In this document: positions 59,800-64,000 of the stretch, piece by piece | How positions within the stretch are numbered: position 1 is the first letter of the stretch | Layout of the letters: every line of letters starts with the position of its first letter | NCBI GenBank assembly: GCA_050916045.1 | Contig: CP051526.1 | Span: 2,592,001-2,656,000 of the forward strand | Reading direction: 5' to 3' | From: Tepidisphaera sp. | Lineage (GTDB): Bacteria > Planctomycetota > Phycisphaerae > Phycisphaerales > UBA1924 | Length of the DNA: 64,000 bases | The notes under the pieces: generated by a model | Database searches by the model: none | Told to the model about the DNA's origin: nothing | The model's input: only the letters and a program-made list of their open reading frames with translations | Program-made: the position numbers and the translations under genes

Positions 59800-60198
59800 A
59801 TGGCCGAGTCGAACGCAGCGCCGAAATCCAAAGCGATGTTCTGGGCGGGTTGGGTGCTTTCGATCCTGCCGTGCGGGTTGCTGCTTTTCAGCGCTGCGGG
59901 CAAGTTCGCGGGCGGGAAGGACCTTGAAGACGGGTTCGCGCATCTGGGCTGGCCGATCGGTCTCGCGATGACTCTGGGGATCATCGAGCTTGTCGCGACG
60001 ATCGTGTATCTGGTGCCGCAGACGGCGGTGCTTGGAGCGATTCTGCTGACAGGTTACATGGGCGGGGCGATGGCGACGCACCTTCGGATTGAGGAACCGG
60101 TGTTCGTCCAGTTCGGTGTGGGCGTGGTGCTTTGGCTTGGGCTGTATCTGCGTGAGCCGCGGCTTCGGGCGCTGATCCCGTTCCGTACAGTGCGCTGA
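59800..60198 (+). CDS. DoxX-family membrane protein
   Basis: SAAGK, GAILLTGYMGGAMATHLR, LREPRLR. Confidence 0.87.
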   Translation: MAESNAAPKSKAMFWAGWVLSILPCGLLLFSAAGKFAGGKDLEDGFAHLGWPIGLAMTLGIIELVATIVYLVPQTAVLGAILLTGYMGGAMATHLRIEEPVFVQFGVGVVLWLGLYLREPRLRALIPFRTVR

Positions 60199-60896
60199 TG
60201 CCGCGAGCGATTGAGCCTGATGTTCGGATGACGTGGAACCATCTGCTTTTCCTTCACTGGAGGGTTGAGCCGGCGGAGATGCGGCGTCTGATCCCCGCGG
60301 AACTGGAAGTGGATGAGTTCGACGGTTCCGCGTGGGTGGGCTTGGTGCCGTTTCGGATGGAGGAGTCGAGGTTTCGCGGTGTGCCGCGGCTTCCGGGCCT
60401 GCGTGACTTTTACGAGTGCAACGTGCGGACGTATGTGCGTGGCGGGGGTCGGTCGGGCGTGTGGTTTTTCAGTCTGGATGCGGCGACGCTGCTTCCGGTG
60501 CTGGGCGGCCGCTGGCTTTGGAGCCTCAACTACGTGCACAGCCGGTTCGCGGTGACGCAGGACGCGGGCGTGACGGACTATCGCCTTGAGCGTGCTCTGG
60601 GGCCATGGCCGAGCGGTCGGACGCGGATCCGTTGGCGGGTGGGCGAAGCGGTGCCTGCGAGCGTGCCGGGGTCGCTGGATCACTTCCTGACGGAGCGGTA
60701 CTGGCTTTTCACCAAGCGGTTCGGGCGCGTGCTTGCGGGAGAGGTGAAGCACGCGCCGTGGTCGCTTCGTCGCGCGGAGGTGCTTGATCTCGATGACTCG
60801 CTGGTGCGTGCGGCGGGGCTGCGGGTGTCCGGCGAGCCGCTTGCTCTCGCTGGCGACCGGCTTGAGGTCGAGGGGTTCAAGCTTCGGGCGATTTAG
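60198..60896 (+). CDS. YqjF/DUF2071 family protein
   Basis: W..LLFLHW, E.NVRTYV, GVWFFSLDA, FLTERY. Confidence 0.9.
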   Translation: MPRAIEPDVRMTWNHLLFLHWRVEPAEMRRLIPAELEVDEFDGSAWVGLVPFRMEESRFRGVPRLPGLRDFYECNVRTYVRGGGRSGVWFFSLDAATLLPVLGGRWLWSLNYVHSRFAVTQDAGVTDYRLERALGPWPSGRTRIRWRVGEAVPASVPGSLDHFLTERYWLFTKRFGRVLAGEVKHAPWSLRRAEVLDLDDSLVRAAGLRVSGEPLALAGDRLEVEGFKLRAI

Positions 60897-61614
60897 GTTT
60901 GGACGCGGCGGCGGACGGGGCTTTTGAGTCTCGGCATTCGCAAGCGGTGCCGAACTCGCGGCAGATTTCGTGGCTTTCGCAGCGAGCGCCGCGTGCTTTG
61001 CACTGGTAGCGGCCGTGCCAGATGAGCATGTGGGAGACATCCCCCCACCGCTCGCGTGGGAAGATCGCCATGAGGGTGCGTTCGATCATCGCGACGGTCG
61101 TGCCGGCGGGGACGAGGGCGAAGCGTGTGCTCAAGCGTTCGACGTGGGTGTCGACGGGGATGCCCATGTGGATGCCGAAAGCGTTGCCGAGGACGACGTT
61201 GGCGGTCTTTCGGGCGACGCCGCGGAGGGAGAGAAGCTCATCCATGGTGCGCGGGACCTGGCCGCCGAATCGCTCGACGATGGCAGACATGGCGGCGTGG
61301 ATGGCTTTGGCTTTGTTTCGGAAGAGGCCGATGGACTTGATGTGGGGCTCGATGTCGGCGGGTGTGGCGGCGGCGTAGTCGGGGGGCGTGGGAAAGGCTT
61401 TGAAGAGGCCTGGCGTGGCGCGGTTGACGCCGGCGTCGGTGGACTGTGCGGAGAGGATGGTGGCGATGAGGAGTTCGTGCGGCGTCTTGAAGTCGAGCTC
61501 GCAGCGGGCGTGCGACCAGTGCTTGTCGAGCGCGGCGAGAAGCTTGTCCGCACGCTTCTTTTTGGCGGGCGAGACGCGTGGGAGGTCGAAGGGAATGCCG
61601 GGGAGCTTGGGCAC
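60877..61614 (-). CDS. nth: Endonuclease III
   Basis: LIATILSAQSTD, LRGVARKTANVV, VDTHV, HGRYQC-x6-C-x5-C Fe-S region. Confidence 0.93.
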   Translation of the reverse strand: MPKLPGIPFDLPRVSPAKKKRADKLLAALDKHWSHARCELDFKTPHELLIATILSAQSTDAGVNRATPGLFKAFPTPPDYAAATPADIEPHIKSIGLFRNKAKAIHAAMSAIVERFGGQVPRTMDELLSLRGVARKTANVVLGNAFGIHMGIPVDTHVERLSTRFALVPAGTTVAMIERTLMAIFPRERWGDVSHMLIWHGRYQCKARGARCESHEICREFGTACECRDSKAPSAAASKPKSPEA

Positions 61615-61652
61615 GCGTGAGCGTAGAACACGAAGCCGATCGCCGGCCAGGG

Positions 61653-63185
61653 TTAGCGCGGCACGACGAGGTAGACGACGGTCGAGATGAGCAGGATGGC
61701 GATGACGTTGAGGATAATGCCGGCTTTGGCCATGTGGGCGATACGGACGCGGCCGGTGGCGATCGCCATGGCGTTGGGGGGCGTGCCCATCGGCATCATG
61801 TAGGCGTAGCTTGCGGCGAGCGTGACGGGGAGCATGAGGGCGTAGGGGTGCATGCCGAGGGCGACGGCGGCGGAGTAGGCGACGGGAAGAAAGGTGGTCG
61901 CGATGGCGGTGTTGCTCGCGACCTCGGTGGCAAAGGTCACGACGGCGGTGACGGCGAGGATGATGACGAAGGGGTGGACACCCTTGAGGCCTTCGAAGAC
62001 GGAGCCGAGGTAGGTGTTGACTCCGGTCTGAGTCATGGCTTCGGCGAGGGAGAGGCCGCCGCCGAAGAGGACGAGGACGCCCCACTGGATGGAGTTGGCG
62101 GTGGGCCAGTCGAGCATGCGGGTGCGCTGTCCGGACGCGGTGCGTGCGGGCAGGAGGAAGAGCAGGATCGCCGCGGCGACGGCAACGCCTGCTTCGCTGA
62201 GCACGCGGTCGATGTCGGTTGCCTGCTTGAGAGCCGCGTTGATGGGGTCCATCGCGATCCACGCGGTGACGGCGAGGGCGAGCACGGCGAGCAGGACCTT
62301 CTGCGGCCCGGTCATGGGGCCCAGCTCCGCAAGTTCGCGTTCGATGGGCTCGCGGGCTCCGGCGGAAGCGGGGATCGTGGGCGGGAAGAACTTGATGAGG
62401 ACCAGCCAGGCGGCGGGCAGGTAGAGGGTCATGATCGGGACGCCGATCTTGAGGTATTCGAGGAAGGTGAGGCGTTCGGTGAGTTTGTCCGCGTCGAACA
62501 GGCTCTGGATGTTGGATTGGAGGATGATGTTGGGAGCGGTGCCGAAGAGGGTGCCGACGCCGCCGATGGTCGCGGCGTAGGCGATGCCGAGGATCATGGC
62601 GGTGGCGAAATTGTCGACGCCGCGGCGGATGGCCGGATCGGTGTCGGCGTGGCTCTCGCGCTCGATGATTCGGATGATGCCCATGCCGATGGGGAGCATC
62701 ATGACGCAGGTCGAAGTGTTGTTGACCCACATGGAGATGATGGCGGTCGCGACCATCGCGCCCAGGATGAGGAGGGGCGGCTTGACGCCGACGCGGAGGA
62801 GGACGTGGAGGGCGAAGCGGCGCGGGAGGCCCCAGCGCTCCATCGCGGCGCCGAGCATCATTCCGCCCATGAAGAAGAAGATGGTGGGGTCGGCGTAGGG
62901 GGCCGCCGCGGCTTTCATGGACATGAGGCCGGCGGCGGGGAACGCGACGAGGGGGAGCAGCGCGGTCGCTTCGAGCTCGACGGCTTCGGAAAGCCACCAG
63001 ATCGCCATCCACGCGGCAAAGCCGAGGGTGAGCCTGCCTGCGGCGGAGAGGTCGCCGGGGTCGGTGCCCGTGTGCACGAGCGTCCAGACCGCGACGGCGG
63101 CGGCGGGGCCGGCGAAGAGCGCGACGAGGCGCACCCACGACATCCCGCGGCTGAAAGTCCCGTCCTGCTGCACGTTTGGAGCCAT
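61653..63185 (-). CDS. DASS/SLC13 family anion symporter
   Basis: SMWVNNTST, GTAPN, LFGGG, SNTA, GTPPNA. Confidence 0.92.
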   Translation of the reverse strand: MAPNVQQDGTFSRGMSWVRLVALFAGPAAAVAVWTLVHTGTDPGDLSAAGRLTLGFAAWMAIWWLSEAVELEATALLPLVAFPAAGLMSMKAAAAPYADPTIFFFMGGMMLGAAMERWGLPRRFALHVLLRVGVKPPLLILGAMVATAIISMWVNNTSTCVMMLPIGMGIIRIIERESHADTDPAIRRGVDNFATAMILGIAYAATIGGVGTLFGTAPNIILQSNIQSLFDADKLTERLTFLEYLKIGVPIMTLYLPAAWLVLIKFFPPTIPASAGAREPIERELAELGPMTGPQKVLLAVLALAVTAWIAMDPINAALKQATDIDRVLSEAGVAVAAAILLFLLPARTASGQRTRMLDWPTANSIQWGVLVLFGGGLSLAEAMTQTGVNTYLGSVFEGLKGVHPFVIILAVTAVVTFATEVASNTAIATTFLPVAYSAAVALGMHPYALMLPVTLAASYAYMMPMGTPPNAMAIATGRVRIAHMAKAGIILNVIAILLISTVVYLVVPR

Positions 63186-63235
63186 ATGCGGGGCAGACTA
63201 TCCGCAGGCGGGGGCGATCGCAACCGTGGCAACGA

Positions 63236-63266
63236 CAAAGCCGGGGCCACCACGGGCCCCGGCTCT
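63236..63266 (-). terminator. Probable intrinsic terminator
   Basis: Minus strand AGCCGGGGCCC...GGCCCCGGCTTT after the dockerin-tailed gene. Confidence 0.6.
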
Positions 63267-63287
63267 GCGATGCGTCTGGGTGTTCGA

Positions 63288-64000
63288 TCAGCAGCCGATC
63301 TCGAACGCGAGAACGAAAGCGTCATAGTCGAAGAAGTCGGTGAAGTCGTCGCCGTTGAAGTCCGCCGTCTTGCCGGGGGGGCAGCCGTTGCCCTCAAAGC
63401 AGGTCACGTACGCGTCGTAGTCGAAGAAATCGAGGAAGCCGTCTTCGTTGAAGTCCACCGGGCAGGGAGGCGCCGGCGGGGTCTGGTTCTCGAACGCGCC
63501 CATGTCGATGATCGGAGCCGGCCCGACGCCGGTGTCCGTCACCGCGCCGTCGAAGTTGCGGGTTTGCAGAACCATGTCGAGCGGCGTGAGCTCGTTGAAG
63601 ACGCCGTCGGCGTCGAGGTCCGCCCAGTCAAAGCCGACGAGGTTGTTGTTCGCCGCGTCGATCGCGGGCGAGGTGTCGGCGAGGCGGAGGTCATCGTCGA
63701 AGTCGCCGGCGATGTTGTTGGGGCCGTTGGCGTCGACGAAGAGCGGGTTGTCGCTTCGGTTGCCCGTGCCGAGCATCTCGGCGGGCTGATAGCCCTGGAT
63801 GACGTTGTAGTCGATGTCGAAAGCGGAAGCCGTGAAGGAGAGGTTCTGGTGGCGGATGGAACCGACGGTGCCGGTGTTGCCCCAGAGGATGCTGTTGTAG
63901 AGGTTGGGCTTGACGCCGTTGGTGTCCAAGCCGCCGACGCCGAGAGCTTGGTTCTGGGCGAAGGTGCAGTTGCGGATCCTGGCAATGGTCTCGTTGGGGC
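63288..64000 (-). CDS. Beta-helix-like secreted protein with GC-type dockerin-like tail; 5' end outside window
   Basis: NSILWGN, DNPLFVD, SPAIDAA, IDMGAFE; tail CPVDFNEDGFLDFFDY...FEIGC. Confidence 0.85.
   Translation of the reverse strand, partial: PNETIARIRNCTFAQNQALGVGGLDTNGVKPNLYNSILWGNTGTVGSIRHQNLSFTASAFDIDYNVIQGYQPAEMLGTGNRSDNPLFVDANGPNNIAGDFDDDLRLADTSPAIDAANNNLVGFDWADLDADGVFNELTPLDMVLQTRNFDGAVTDTGVGPAPIIDMGAFENQTPPAPPCPVDFNEDGFLDFFDYDAYVTCFEGNGCPPGKTADFNGDDFTDFFDYDAFVLAFEIGC

Overview
High-GC bacterial chromosomal segment, most likely a Planctomycetota (Phycisphaerales-like) genome. This is inferred from GC-terminated dockerin-like proteins, many CPECG zinc-ribbon membrane proteins, an AroD-AroE fusion and an orphan nuoH. 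It holds about 62 genes, mostly housekeeping or ordinary accessory genes (ligA, kdsA, aroDE, recO, mnmG, mdh, nuoH, rsmA, ada, nth, an ABC exporter, phospholipase C, an S41 protease), plus one tRNA-Arg(CCG). I see no CRISPR array, transposase, integrase or phage genes. The most striking sequence-level signals are: (1) an extreme G/C strand asymmetry that flips at about 33.9 kb regardless of gene orientation, a probable replichore boundary; (2) a TANNNT box 5-8 nt before the start codon of about 17 genes lacking a Shine-Dalgarno site, implying widespread leaderless mRNAs; (3) four secreted proteins sharing a dockerin-like '...FExGC*' tail, plus an orphan 63-bp copy of one tail and direct repeats around another gene, suggesting a shuffled modular surface-display system; (4) six unrelated membrane proteins sharing one CxxC...CPEC module; (5) a low-GC orphan gene next to the tRNA bracketed by REP-like inverted repeats. 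All family assignments are by motif recognition only, with no database search, and several start codons are my own choices.
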